64,000 nucleotides of DNA from Nostoc sp. (GCF_036919495.1 NZ_JBALBZ010000027.1:7779-71778), one strand, 5' to 3'; positions 10,868 to 20,316 are shown, counted from the stretch's first letter. Notes: generated by a model not told the origin, from the letters alone. Numbers and translations: made by a program.

Positions 10868-10920
10868 ATGCCCAATGCCCAATGCCCCATGCCCAATGCC
10901 CCATGCCCAATGCCCAATGA
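10868..10920. repeat. heptamer tandem array (GCCCAAT/GCCCCAT)
   Basis: Seven consecutive 7-nt units immediately upstream of the GTG start at 10936. Confidence 0.9.
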
Positions 10921-10935
10921 CAATAATTAACAATT

Positions 10936-12258
10936 GTGTCCCAAGTTGTTTTAGAAAACGTTTATAAAAGTTTTTCCCCGCGTAAAGGGGAAAGTGTGAC
11001 CTCACAAACTCAATCTCCCCTCACGTTTGGGGAGAAAACTGATGCAGCGCAAGAACGGGCGGGAAGTGTCAACGTTTTGCGACGGATTAACCTGACGATC
11101 GCAGATGGCGAGTTTATGGTGCTAGTGGGCCCTTCTGGTTGTGGTAAAAGTACCCTGCTGCGCTTAATCGCTGGTTTGGAAGTGATGACTGGCGGTAATA
11201 TCTGGATAGGCGATCGCTTGCTCAATGACCTACCACCCAAAGAACGCGACATCGCAATGGTATTTCAAAATTACGCCCTCTACCCCCACATGACGGTGTA
11301 CGACAACATCGCCTTTGGGCTGCGCCGCCGTTTTGGGAGAGCAGGGGAAGCAGGGGGAGAAATTACTCCTTCATCTTCCTCCTCATCCCCTTATGTTCGG
11401 ACGTGGACAGAAAATCTTTTTGTGGGTGCGACAAGAAAGTTACCTAAAGGACTGCGCTACATTTCTGACAAAGAACGGGCGGTGGATGAACAGGTGCGTA
11501 GTGTTGCCCAACTGTTGCAAATCGAAACATTGCTGAATCGCTTACCCAAACAGCTATCTGGCGGACAAAGACAACGGGTTGCATTAGGACGAGCGATCGC
11601 GCGTGACCCCCAAGTATTCTTAATGGATGAACCGCTTTCTAACTTAGATGCCAAACTGCGGGCAGAAACCCGCGCTCAAATTGTCAAATTGCAGCGCCAA
11701 CTGGGGACAACGACAATTTACGTTACCCACGATCAAACCGAAGCGATGACAATGGGCGATCGCATTGCGATTATGTCTGAGGGTAAAATTCAGCAAGTTG
11801 CTTCTCCCTTAGAACTTTACAACCGCCCTGCCAATCTTTTTGTAGCAGAGTTCATTGGTTCACCACCGATGAATTTTATTCCTGTAGAATTTCATGCTCC
11901 ACAGTTGATTACTCATTCCCAGTTTCGTTTCACCCTTCCAGAAGTTTGGGGAAGAGCTTTACAAAAATATGATCGGAAAACTCTAGTTTTAGGCATTCGC
12001 CCAGAACACTTGAACTTGAGTATGCCTGCTACCAAAAATATACCAGTTCAAGTAGATTTGGTAGAGAATCTCGGCAACGATTCCTTTCTCGCAGTTAAGA
12101 TTGCCGAACCGGGATCTCAACCTGCTACTACCAATTACTTACAAGTGCGAATACCACCAGACCGATTTGTACAACCTGGGGAACAACTTTGGTTATCGCT
12201 AACTCCAGAAAAAATTCACTTTTTCGACCCGGAAACTGAGCTAGCAATATTTCCCTAA
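10936..12258 (+). CDS. ABC transporter ATP-binding protein, MalK/UgpC-like, with low-complexity insertions
   Basis: Walker A GPSGCGKST, signature LSGGQRQR, Walker B FLMDEPLSNLD, C-terminal regulatory domain. GTG start. Confidence 0.9.
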   Translation: MSQVVLENVYKSFSPRKGESVTSQTQSPLTFGEKTDAAQERAGSVNVLRRINLTIADGEFMVLVGPSGCGKSTLLRLIAGLEVMTGGNIWIGDRLLNDLPPKERDIAMVFQNYALYPHMTVYDNIAFGLRRRFGRAGEAGGEITPSSSSSSPYVRTWTENLFVGATRKLPKGLRYISDKERAVDEQVRSVAQLLQIETLLNRLPKQLSGGQRQRVALGRAIARDPQVFLMDEPLSNLDAKLRAETRAQIVKLQRQLGTTTIYVTHDQTEAMTMGDRIAIMSEGKIQQVASPLELYNRPANLFVAEFIGSPPMNFIPVEFHAPQLITHSQFRFTLPEVWGRALQKYDRKTLVLGIRPEHLNLSMPATKNIPVQVDLVENLGNDSFLAVKIAEPGSQPATTNYLQVRIPPDRFVQPGEQLWLSLTPEKIHFFDPETELAIFP

Positions 12259-12825
12259 AGTGGGAGCAGGGGAAGCAGGGGAGGAGAAATCCGATTATCG
12301 CTTTCGTTTTAAAAATTGGGTAATTTAATTTCTGGAACTCCCTTAAAAGACACTCCCAAATCGGAAATTAGTTTTGTCTGAAGCGTTGCGGAAGCGATCG
12401 CAAAAGTCCAAACGGAATCAGAATTGAGAGCAATTGTTTCAGATTGCGATCTCAAGGCAGAGCATCACAAATTTTATAATAAATTTAATTTATCCTTTTA
12501 ACAAATAAGACTATTTGCTTTTATTTTATAAATCGCTTTATGCTGAAATTAGCAGAGATTTGTACTTTGAACAAAAATAAACTTGGCTTGCGATTAATAC
12601 AAGCCTTTGGCTCAGTAATTAATTTTGCAAATCTCTAGTACAACACGGCTGAAATAAACATACCATTTCAAATGTCGCAAGAACATGGAATACAATTCTT
12701 TTGACTTCCGCCTTGCAGTATTAGTGCTATCAAATTTAGGTGTCTTGCCAGCATTCAAACAGCAAACTAATGCTAACTAAATTCCCCAAAGAGACTTTAA
12801 GAAAATAAAGGAGAATAATAATTAA

Positions 12826-13194
12826 ATGCTAGATCAGCAGATTGATTATCCTACCAGACCCAAGACAAGTGCGATGATCATGAAACTTTTCCAAATCACT
12901 CTAGTGGTTTTAGTACTTTTGATAAACTTAGCAATTGCTTTCCCCTCTTGGGCGGAAAAAGCGCCTTCTTTAACTAGTAATTCTGACTACTTTCAAGTAG
13001 GGCAAAAAGTCATTTGGCTTTACAAACCTCGCGCCGATTCTAGCGATGTCCAAAGAATTCCCGCCGAAGTAATCAAGTTAAGTTCCAAGCAAGTGCAAAT
13101 CAAGGTGTATAAACATAATCACGAATTTGTCAATCGTTGGGTGAATCCAAACAAGCTTGAGAATTCGCAAAAAATTAAAGAGTCAATACTATAA
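12826..13194 (+). CDS. hypothetical membrane-anchored/secreted protein
   Basis: Hydrophobic N-terminal segment (LFQITLVVLVLLINLAIAF). No recognisable family. An internal ATG at 12874 is an alternative start. Confidence 0.45.
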   Translation: MLDQQIDYPTRPKTSAMIMKLFQITLVVLVLLINLAIAFPSWAEKAPSLTSNSDYFQVGQKVIWLYKPRADSSDVQRIPAEVIKLSSKQVQIKVYKHNHEFVNRWVNPNKLENSQKIKESIL

Positions 13195-13210
13195 AATTGA
13201 GTCATTATTT

Positions 13211-14137
13211 TTATTTTTTGTAAATCAAAAAAACTGAACCAATCGGCCCAAAGTTTTCTACATAAGTTTTCTGGTTATAATACAATCCTGGAGACATACC
13301 GCCATCAAATAATATCGCTTCTTGAATCTTACCTAAACAGTTATTGCTAGCAATACCTTCTAAGACATTATCAAACATGTCTGGCAGTAACTCTTGATTA
13401 AGTTGAGATAATTCAATATCTGAATTAGCCTTCAAGTCATTAACTAATAAGATTACATAGCCTTGATTGGTAATAGCTGCCATAGAGCGATTTTTAGCAT
13501 TTTTACAAGCAAATTCTCCTAAATCTTGACAAATATCTTTAAATTTACCCTGACGATAGAATCTGCCATTACCACCCACTAAGTTGTAATTGAGAATATC
13601 ACTTTTTCTTCTACCAGCTTGGATAGTAGCCTGTCGCTGATTGGGTGTACCTCCTGATATTCCAAAGGAAGAACGCTTATTTTTAAATGCTCCTGAATAC
13701 TCAACACCACGAGAAACATTTAAGCCTTGTGGTTTATCATCAGTACCTATATAGTCAGCATTAATTGCAGCAATGGGTGGGTGTCCATTTAATTTGGCAT
13801 TCTCATCACCTATGAGTTCACGAAACTGTTTTGCTACATATTCTTTACGCAGTTTCCCCCTAGCATCTTTGGCGTAGAGTTTATGAGATAGACCAACATT
13901 AACTTTGAAATCTAATTCTGCTGATTTAGGATTAAAAATAATCACATTGTTAATACCTCTTTGATTTCTTTTACCTTGATTATTGGTTTTAAAAAAATCG
14001 ATGCTGAACTTAGCATCTTTGCCAGGACAAGTTTTAGATGCTTTTAGGACTGAATTTGCTTCAATCTCTTGACAACCTGATAATAAGGTTGCACCAATTA
14101 TCAAGATAAATAACAAAAATAATTTTTTTGTAGACAT
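13211..14137 (-). CDS. lipoprotein, phosphodiester glycosidase-like
   Basis: Lipobox LLSGC, then INADYIGTDDKPQGLNVSRG resembling phosphodiester glycosidase family proteins. Visibly AT-rich. Confidence 0.5.
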   Translation of the reverse strand: MSTKKLFLLFILIIGATLLSGCQEIEANSVLKASKTCPGKDAKFSIDFFKTNNQGKRNQRGINNVIIFNPKSAELDFKVNVGLSHKLYAKDARGKLRKEYVAKQFRELIGDENAKLNGHPPIAAINADYIGTDDKPQGLNVSRGVEYSGAFKNKRSSFGISGGTPNQRQATIQAGRRKSDILNYNLVGGNGRFYRQGKFKDICQDLGEFACKNAKNRSMAAITNQGYVILLVNDLKANSDIELSQLNQELLPDMFDNVLEGIASNNCLGKIQEAILFDGGMSPGLYYNQKTYVENFGPIGSVFLIYKK

Positions 14138-14145
14138 AATAATGC

Positions 14146-14177
14146 AAAAAAAACCGCTACAGAATTACTATAGCGGG
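14146..14177 (-). terminator. intrinsic terminator of the gene at 14223..15491
   Basis: The minus strand reads ccccgcta-tagtaattctg-tagcgg followed by T8. Confidence 0.65.
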
Positions 14178-14222
14178 GAATAATTTAAAATTTCAGTCTG
14201 GACTTTATCTTAGAACCAAAAC

Positions 14223-15491
14223 TTAAGAGAACCATTCTAAAACAGCTTCTTCTTTGGTGTTGGTATTTCTAGATGGTGTCTCACGGTTAAATTTCATTTG
14301 AATTGACCGGGTTTGCTCACCATCAGCAGCTACAGCTAAAATTGGATAGTCAATTAAACCATCCTGGAAGGACATCTGGAAGCGGAATGTTCCATCTGGA
14401 TTTAGCTGAATTGGACGGCCACCAATGGTTACGGTAGCATCTGGTTCGGTTGCACCGTAGACTATCAATTCAGCATCAGCAATTAACCAGAACTGGCGCG
14501 GACGCACTGGTACGGCGGAAGCCGAGAAGCCAACACCTGACATTCCTGCACCGGAAGCGGTTAAGCCTGACACGGTAGGAACTGCCCACATACCCACACC
14601 AGATGGGAAAATGTAGGAGCTAATAGCTTGTTCAGGACGCGCTGCTCCTGGTACTTGGTGCTGGGAACCGAAGATAGAACCAGCAACCCGTAGTGATTCG
14701 GCAGATTCTGCTAAACCAAAGATTTGGTCGTAGATGGGGTTGCCGTTAACGTTACCATTGACAACACCATTACCATTGGCGGTAGCTGCAACCTTCTTGG
14801 CTGGGGGTACGAGTTCGTACTGAGTCTGACCACGCAAATCTTCTTCAAAGTTAACAGTGATGAATACATCCTCAATCCAGTCAGAAGGATAAACGGGAGG
14901 AATGTGTACTTTAGCAGAACGAGCTAGTACTAACCAGCGACCATCAGCAGCACGATAGCCGATATCTATCACATAATCGCGATCGCTAACTGGAACTGGT
15001 AGATACCATTCTCTAGCTAGTTCATCAGCAGGATATTCTTGAATGCTGTGGGGGCTTTGGTATTCGATATTGATGTCGGTGACATCATAAATCCGTAGTG
15101 CGAGTTGTTGTCCCCCTTGTCGGCGCAGTTCCTCTTTATGCTCATTGGGAATATCCCAGTAAGTGTAAGCCCACTGAGGATCTCGTGGTAAGAGTACAAT
15201 CCGGCTGTCACCATAGCCAGAAGGCAAATCTGCGAGTCCTTCATCAACATCAGCCAAAGATCCACCAGTCCGATCTTCCTGACCTAATTCAAACTTTGCA
15301 GCTTCCACGGTTTCCTGTGCCTCCAATGAACGAGATGGACTAAGTAAATTTTTACTGCGCTGGACTTCTTGAATTGATGCCAGCAGTTGTGATTTACGCA
15401 TTCGGCTATACCGAGAGATGCTATATTCGCTAGCAACTTTGCGTAGTTGGCGTAAGGTCATCTCCTCTAGTGGCGGGCGTTCTTTTGCCAT
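14223..15491 (-). CDS. Rho-N-terminal-domain / DUF4912-like protein
   Basis: N-terminus LTLRQLRKVASEYSISRYSRMRKSQLLASI (Rho_N/SAP-like). 422 aa with an NGN-repeat linker. Confidence 0.65.
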   Translation of the reverse strand: MAKERPPLEEMTLRQLRKVASEYSISRYSRMRKSQLLASIQEVQRSKNLLSPSRSLEAQETVEAAKFELGQEDRTGGSLADVDEGLADLPSGYGDSRIVLLPRDPQWAYTYWDIPNEHKEELRRQGGQQLALRIYDVTDINIEYQSPHSIQEYPADELAREWYLPVPVSDRDYVIDIGYRAADGRWLVLARSAKVHIPPVYPSDWIEDVFITVNFEEDLRGQTQYELVPPAKKVAATANGNGVVNGNVNGNPIYDQIFGLAESAESLRVAGSIFGSQHQVPGAARPEQAISSYIFPSGVGMWAVPTVSGLTASGAGMSGVGFSASAVPVRPRQFWLIADAELIVYGATEPDATVTIGGRPIQLNPDGTFRFQMSFQDGLIDYPILAVAADGEQTRSIQMKFNRETPSRNTNTKEEAVLEWFS

Positions 15492-15801
15492 TATTTTGGC
15501 CTCCAGTAGTTTAAGCGGTAAATGATTTCCCCTGGTTAAAGAATGCTATATAAAATGTCATCCACTCCAGATGAATTTCTTATCCTGACTCCTGGTTTTG
15601 CCCAGTGTTTAAGTTTTTTAGTCTGTTTTTAAATTGGGATCACTTCCAATCAATTCCTTAGTTATGCCAAAATTAGCATTTCTTTGGGATCGAGGAAGTT
15701 CTATCTGTTAAGTCAATATTAACCACTAAGCATATCTAGGGATCAAGGGGTTTTAATAGCTTTTTTGCCTGTTTCACGAATTTATAAGCCCTTTCGGGAT
15801 C

Positions 15802-15878
15802 GTATTGTCATTATTTCATGACAATACTAGCTGCCTAGATGTTAAGCAATGGTAATAATGTCAATTTTTCATGACATT
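15802..15878. promoter_or_regulatory. two related palindromes, TGTCA(T)-N6-8-(A)TGACA
   Basis: gtattgtcat-tatttc-atgacaatac (15802-15827; perfect 10-bp arms) and aatgtca-atttttca-tgacatt (15857-15878). Confidence 0.3.
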
Positions 15879-15931
15879 GTGTTTTGGGCATTGAACCCAC
15901 CACTATAGGGCTTCTAGGTTGAGTCGAATAC

Positions 15932-15975
15932 AGACCTAACCCCCAGCCCCTTCACTTGCAGGGAAGGGGAGTAAG
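15932..15975 (+). repeat. dispersed repeat, copy 1 (agacctaacccccagcccctt..cttgcagggaagggg)
   Basis: The same about 44-nt sequence occurs inverted at 31266-31309 and truncated at 50460-50485. It contains the hairpin cccttc..cttgcag..gaaggg. Confidence 0.85.
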
Positions 15976-16078
15976 ATTCAAAACTTTTCTCCTAAATTAA
16001 GAGAGAAGTCGGAGTGTATTGCATACAAACCAAAAGCGCGATCATTATGATTCAGTTGACATCATCCTAGCAATCTGA

Positions 16079-16769
16079 AAAAGAGCGATCGCTCGCTACC
16101 AATATGACATTTATCTAGTAGACTACCGTTTGGGGGCAGACAGTGGACTGGAACTTTTGCGCGAAGCAATTGCCAACGGCTGTTGTTCTCCGATAATTTT
16201 GCTGACTGGGCAGGGCGACTGGGAAATAGATAAGCTGTTGCGCCTTTAATTTGCACTAATATTTTTTCAAGATGATTGTGGGGTGGACATCCTGCCCGCC
16301 CTGATAATGCAAATTATATACGTAACAGCTTATTGAAGCGATGAAAGCCGGAGCCGCAGATTGTCTCGAAAAAAGCTAGTTGACTGCACCTTTATTTGAG
16401 CGTTCTATTTGTTATGCCATTGAGCGCAAACAAACAGAACAGAAAATCCGCGAACAAGCTGCTTTACTAGATGTTGCCACCAATGCAATTTTTGTGTGTG
16501 ATTTAGACGAAAAAATTTTATTTTGGAACAAAGCTGCTGAGAGCCTGTACAGTTGGAAAAAAGAAGAAGCTATCAATAAAAAGACACGAGTTCTCTGGCA
16601 TGAAAAACATGTGTCTCAAGTTGAAAAAGCACTCAGTATTATGATGAAAAATGGCTCTTGGGAGGGTGAGTTACATCAAAAAACAAAATTAGGTAAAGAA
16701 AATTATTGCAAACTATTAGCACAGCCAAAAATAATTAGAAGTTGGGCATTGGGCATTGGGAATTACTAA
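16079..16769 (+). pseudogene. response regulator receiver + PAS protein, decayed
   Basis: YDIYLVDYRLGADSGLELLREAIANGCCSPIILLTGQGDWEID / IEAMKAGAADCLEKS*LTAPLFERSICYAIERKQ...PAS. The N-terminus is missing, a MITE sits at 16233-16330, an in-frame TAG lies at 16377-16379, and the PAS domain is cut off in an STRR array. Confidence 0.8.
16233..16330. mobile_element. 98-bp MITE with TA target duplication
   Basis: TA|agctgttgcgcctttaatttgca...tgcaaattatatacgtaacagct|TA, with about 24-bp imperfect terminal inverted repeats. Removing the element plus one TA restores gaa ata gat att gaa gcg (EIDIEA). Confidence 0.85.
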
Positions 16770-16853
16770 TTTATTTTTCAAAGTTGAGAGTTATAATTTA
16801 GGAATTCTTAACTCCTAACTCTTCGCTCATAACTCTTAACTATTTAATTACCC

Positions 16854-17237
16854 ATGACTAAGGATGAAGTCTTAGCGGCTAATGCAGCTTTTTATCGAGC
16901 TTTTGAAAGAAAAGATATTGAGACAATGAGTGCAGTATGGTCACAAGGAACTGGTAGTTTTTGTATTCATCCTGGAAGTAATATACTGCGGGGTTGGAAG
17001 GAGATTCGTACCTCTTGGGAGCAGATATTTAAAAACACCGCTTATATTGAAATAAACACAGATATAATTGCTACAGAAATTACTGAAAAAATTGCTTATG
17101 TTGTGGTGAGAGAAAATGTGTTCCAAGTAGTAGGTGGGAGAAGACTTGAAGCACAATCAACAGCTACAAATATATTTCAATTCCTTGGCGAGAAGTGGTA
17201 TTTAGTACATCATCACGGTAGCCCAATTTTGCGGTGA
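16854..17237 (+). CDS. nuclear transport factor 2 (SnoaL/DUF4440-like) family protein
   Basis: 127 aa; AANAAFYRAFERKDIETMSAVWS...GW pattern typical of NTF2-like proteins. Confidence 0.7.
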   Translation: MTKDEVLAANAAFYRAFERKDIETMSAVWSQGTGSFCIHPGSNILRGWKEIRTSWEQIFKNTAYIEINTDIIATEITEKIAYVVVRENVFQVVGGRRLEAQSTATNIFQFLGEKWYLVHHHGSPILR

Positions 17238-17240
17238 GGT

Positions 17241-17330
17241 GCGGGGGATGGGGGATGGAGGAGGCAGGGGGAGCAGGGGGAGCAGGGGGAGAATAACTAA
17301 TGACCAATGACTAATGACTAATGACTAATT
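17241..17330. repeat. G-rich nonamer array followed by a TGACTAA/TGACCAA heptamer array
   Basis: gcagggggagcagggggagcaggggga, then aatgaccaatgactaatgactaatgactaat. TGACCAA is the complement of the published STRR unit TTGGTCA. Confidence 0.9.
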
Positions 17331-17854
17331 AACTCCACTGCATCTCGTTCATCGTAATTTTGTAAGTAAACTTTGACAACTTCTTCTTTAGCAGTAGGTA
17401 ACTTCTTGCCAATAAAATCGGGGTGGATTGGTAATTCTCGGTGGCCCCTATCTACCAACACAGCTAAACGAATCACCTCTGGTCTACCGTAGTCGTTGAC
17501 TGCGTTCAAAGCAGCGCGAATCGTCCGTCCTTTGAAAATTACATCATCCACAAGTACAACGGTTTTACCCGTCAGGTCAAAAGGAATTTCGCTTTTCGCC
17601 GGAGTCCGCAATCCAATTTTGTCGAGGTCATCTCGATAAAATGTAATGTCCAAAGCGCCGACTGACACAGCTACACCTTCGAGCGTCTCAATCTGACGTG
17701 CCAACAATTCGGCTAATAACGCACCTCTTGTATAAATCCCAAGAAGCACCAGTTGAGACAAATCACGCGTCCTTTCCACAATTTGAGAGGCAAGGCGAGT
17801 CAAGGTACGACGGATTTCTTCTGACGAGAGAATTTCAACTACTTTGGCAGACAT
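17318..17854 (-). CDS. pyrR: bifunctional pyrimidine regulator / uracil phosphoribosyltransferase PyrR
   Basis: 178 aa with the PRPP-binding loop [13 protein letters not shown]. Confidence 0.9.
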   Translation of the reverse strand: MSAKVVEILSSEEIRRTLTRLASQIVERTRDLSQLVLLGIYTRGALLAELLARQIETLEGVAVSVGALDITFYRDDLDKIGLRTPAKSEIPFDLTGKTVVLVDDVIFKGRTIRAALNAVNDYGRPEVIRLAVLVDRGHRELPIHPDFIGKKLPTAKEEVVKVYLQNYDERDAVELISH

Positions 17855-17955
17855 AGTGAGTGATAAGTTAGGAGTGATAAGTTAGAAGTTAAGAGTTTTT
17901 ATTCTTAACTCCTGTATAGACGGGATTAATCGCGTCTCTAACTTTATATTTATCA

Positions 17956-18927
17956 TTACTTATTTGGAAATATTAAGAATATTGCGATCGCTATCCCTAA
18001 CCATACCAAAAAACAATATCGCGTCAACTGCAAAGCATTCTGAATGGAAGTTGCAGTAATGGGATAAATAGCATCTCCTAGCAGTGGTTTGTACTTAGCT
18101 ACCCCACGATACCAATTTGTACCCCCCATCTGCACACCCAAAAAAGCAGCATAGGCGCACTCACTCCAGCCAGAATTGGGACTGGGATCTTTAATCGCAT
18201 CCCGACGACAAATTTGCCAAACATGCATCGGTTTACCCGATAACAGCGCCAGAGTCACGACTGTTAAGCGACAAGGTAGCCAAGTCAAACAATCTTCCAA
18301 CCGCGCACAGAACCATCCCAAATAAGTATAGGGTGCTTCTCGATAGCCCACCATTGAATCGAGGGTACTGCTGGCTTTATATGCTAAAGCCAAAGGAGTT
18401 GGCCCTACAACTGGCACAAAGACACCAACAATTGCATAAAAAAGCGGAGCCATCACCCCATCAGTAGCATTTTCTGCAACCGTTTCTAAAACGGCTCGGT
18501 AAATTTCTGTTTGTGAGAGGTTTTGGGTATCCCGACCAACGTAATTACTTAAAATCTTCCGAGATTTTTCCAAATCTCCTGCTGTTAAAGGTTCTAAAAC
18601 AGCCACTGCTGCGGCTCGTAAACTTCTGCCAGCAAAACAACTAGCCAAAAGAATGCTATTTATTACAATTCCCAACAACGGATGAACCAATTTGGCACTT
18701 TGAATAATCAAAAAGCCAACAAGTCCACTACCAATTATTAGGATAATACCTAGTAAAATTCCAGCTAGGCGTTGCGTTAGAGAATTTTGACACAATTGCA
18801 GAGAAAATTTGGTCAGACGAGAAATTACCCACCCCATAACTTGCACTGGATGAGGCCAATTCCAAGGATCGCCAATTAAGTAATCTAAAAGTGCAGCAAT
18901 TATTAAGATATAGATGCTATTGGTCAT
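17956..18927 (-). CDS. cbiB: adenosylcobinamide-phosphate synthase CbiB/CobD
   Basis: Polytopic 323-aa protein with PNSGWSECAYAAFLGVQMGG, characteristic of CobD/CbiB. Confidence 0.85.
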   Translation of the reverse strand: MTNSIYILIIAALLDYLIGDPWNWPHPVQVMGWVISRLTKFSLQLCQNSLTQRLAGILLGIILIIGSGLVGFLIIQSAKLVHPLLGIVINSILLASCFAGRSLRAAAVAVLEPLTAGDLEKSRKILSNYVGRDTQNLSQTEIYRAVLETVAENATDGVMAPLFYAIVGVFVPVVGPTPLALAYKASSTLDSMVGYREAPYTYLGWFCARLEDCLTWLPCRLTVVTLALLSGKPMHVWQICRRDAIKDPSPNSGWSECAYAAFLGVQMGGTNWYRGVAKYKPLLGDAIYPITATSIQNALQLTRYCFLVWLGIAIAIFLIFPNK

Positions 18928-18970
18928 AAGTTACTAGTCAAGGGTCAATATTTGGACTATTGACTTTTGA

Positions 18971-19411
18971 CTAAACCACAAAACTAGCTTCTTCCCCAAG
19001 GGCAGCTTGCCAGCTACGAGCATCATAATAAAGGTCTGCCAAAGTAATACTGTATAAAGCTTCTTTGAGCTTTTGGTTGAGTCTCTGCCATAGGCTAAAT
19101 GTTACCCAATCTTCAGCTTGTGCAGGTGCTGGAGTGTGATGGGGTAAAGGGCTAGTCTCGCCAACTGCTTCTAAAATTTGTCCTATAGATATTTGTGCAG
19201 GCTCTCTTGCCAATTGGTATCCGCCGATGCTACCACGAATTGATTTCACTAAAGATGCACGACGCATTTCTATTAGTAGTTTTTCGAGGTAAGGAGCTGG
19301 GATATCTTGGCGTTTAGCGATCGCTCTTACAGATACAGGGCCATATTTTGGCTGTAAACTCAAATCTAGCAACGCCTTCACACTATAGTGTCCTCTGGTA
19401 GTTAGTTTCAT
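18971..19411 (-). CDS. Rrf2 family transcriptional regulator
   Basis: MKLTTRGHYSVKALLDLS... winged-helix N-terminus. 146 aa. Confidence 0.85.
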   Translation of the reverse strand: MKLTTRGHYSVKALLDLSLQPKYGPVSVRAIAKRQDIPAPYLEKLLIEMRRASLVKSIRGSIGGYQLAREPAQISIGQILEAVGETSPLPHHTPAPAQAEDWVTFSLWQRLNQKLKEALYSITLADLYYDARSWQAALGEEASFVV

Positions 19412-19816
19412 TTTGGTAAGCTTTGTTGTTTGTCCTCTGTTTTATGTAAATAAGCAATGACCAATAACCAATTATCAATGGCTAAGGATCAGTTTTACTT
19501 ATCATTCTGTGACACTGTTATCATCCTCAGCAAGTAAACAACTTTTCGAGCGTCACTTTAGAAAACTTAAAATTTATATAGTTTAGCAGTGATTCACTAA
19601 CTATATATAGATAGATAGATAGTTATCAGCATTGCCAGCGTTATCTAAAATAGATTGTCTTAGCAATATTGGAAATGGGATAACAATTGTGCCTATGAGT
19701 GTAATATACTTGGCTAGGTTGAGATAAAAACTAAAGGATTATGTTCCTATTAGCTCAACGTCAGCTAAAATAAAATCGATTCCAACACTTCAAACATTCA
19801 TTTTCGACCTAAGTTG

Positions 19817-20230
19817 ATGCCTAAACAGAAAAAAATTGAACCCCTACTCGGTGAAGAACTGCTCAAAAAAGTCAAAGAGCTAGAGAACGAGAGCAAAGAA
19901 GACAAAGCCAAAAAGTGCGGCTACTATACCGTTACCAAAAATGGTATAGAGCGTGTCAATATGATGAAATTCTTAAATGCCCTAATTGATGCCGAAGGCA
20001 TTCAGTTGGATAGTACACCCAGTGCTAATGGGCGTGGTGGACGTAGTGCTAGCTATAGAATTAGTGTGCAATCGAATGGTAACTTACTTATAGGTTCAGC
20101 TTATACAAAACAGATGAATCTGAAGCCAGGAGATGAGTTTCTGATCACTTTAGGCAAAAAGCACATTCGTCTGAAACAGGTAGACCCAGAAGATCGGGAA
20201 GATGATGAAGTCATAGACGCTACAGCTTAA
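19817..20230 (+). CDS. cyanobacterial AbrB-like (cyAbrB) transcriptional regulator
   Basis: C-terminal SpoVT/AbrB-type domain (LKPGDEFLITLGKKHIRLKQV) on a Lys/Glu-rich N-terminal half, as in the CalA/CalB family. Confidence 0.75.
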   Translation: MPKQKKIEPLLGEELLKKVKELENESKEDKAKKCGYYTVTKNGIERVNMMKFLNALIDAEGIQLDSTPSANGRGGRSASYRISVQSNGNLLIGSAYTKQMNLKPGDEFLITLGKKHIRLKQVDPEDREDDEVIDATA

Positions 20231-20241
20231 TAAATATAAAT

Positions 20242-20316
20242 GGTCATTAGTCAATTGTCATTTGTGAAAACCAATGACTAATGACCAATGACTAATGACT
20301 AATGACTAATGACTAT
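20242..20316. repeat. TGACTAA/TGACCAA heptamer array overlapping the ClC stop codon
   Basis: ggtcattagtcaattgtcatttgtg...ccaatgactaatgaccaatgactaatgactaatgactaatgacta. Confidence 0.9.

Noticed and set aside
10868-10920. Possible CRISPR array (also considered for the other short tandem arrays)
   Set aside because: The units are 7-9 nt with no spacers. These are STRR-type micro-repeats, not CRISPR. No repeat of 25-40 nt with unique spacers exists in the window.
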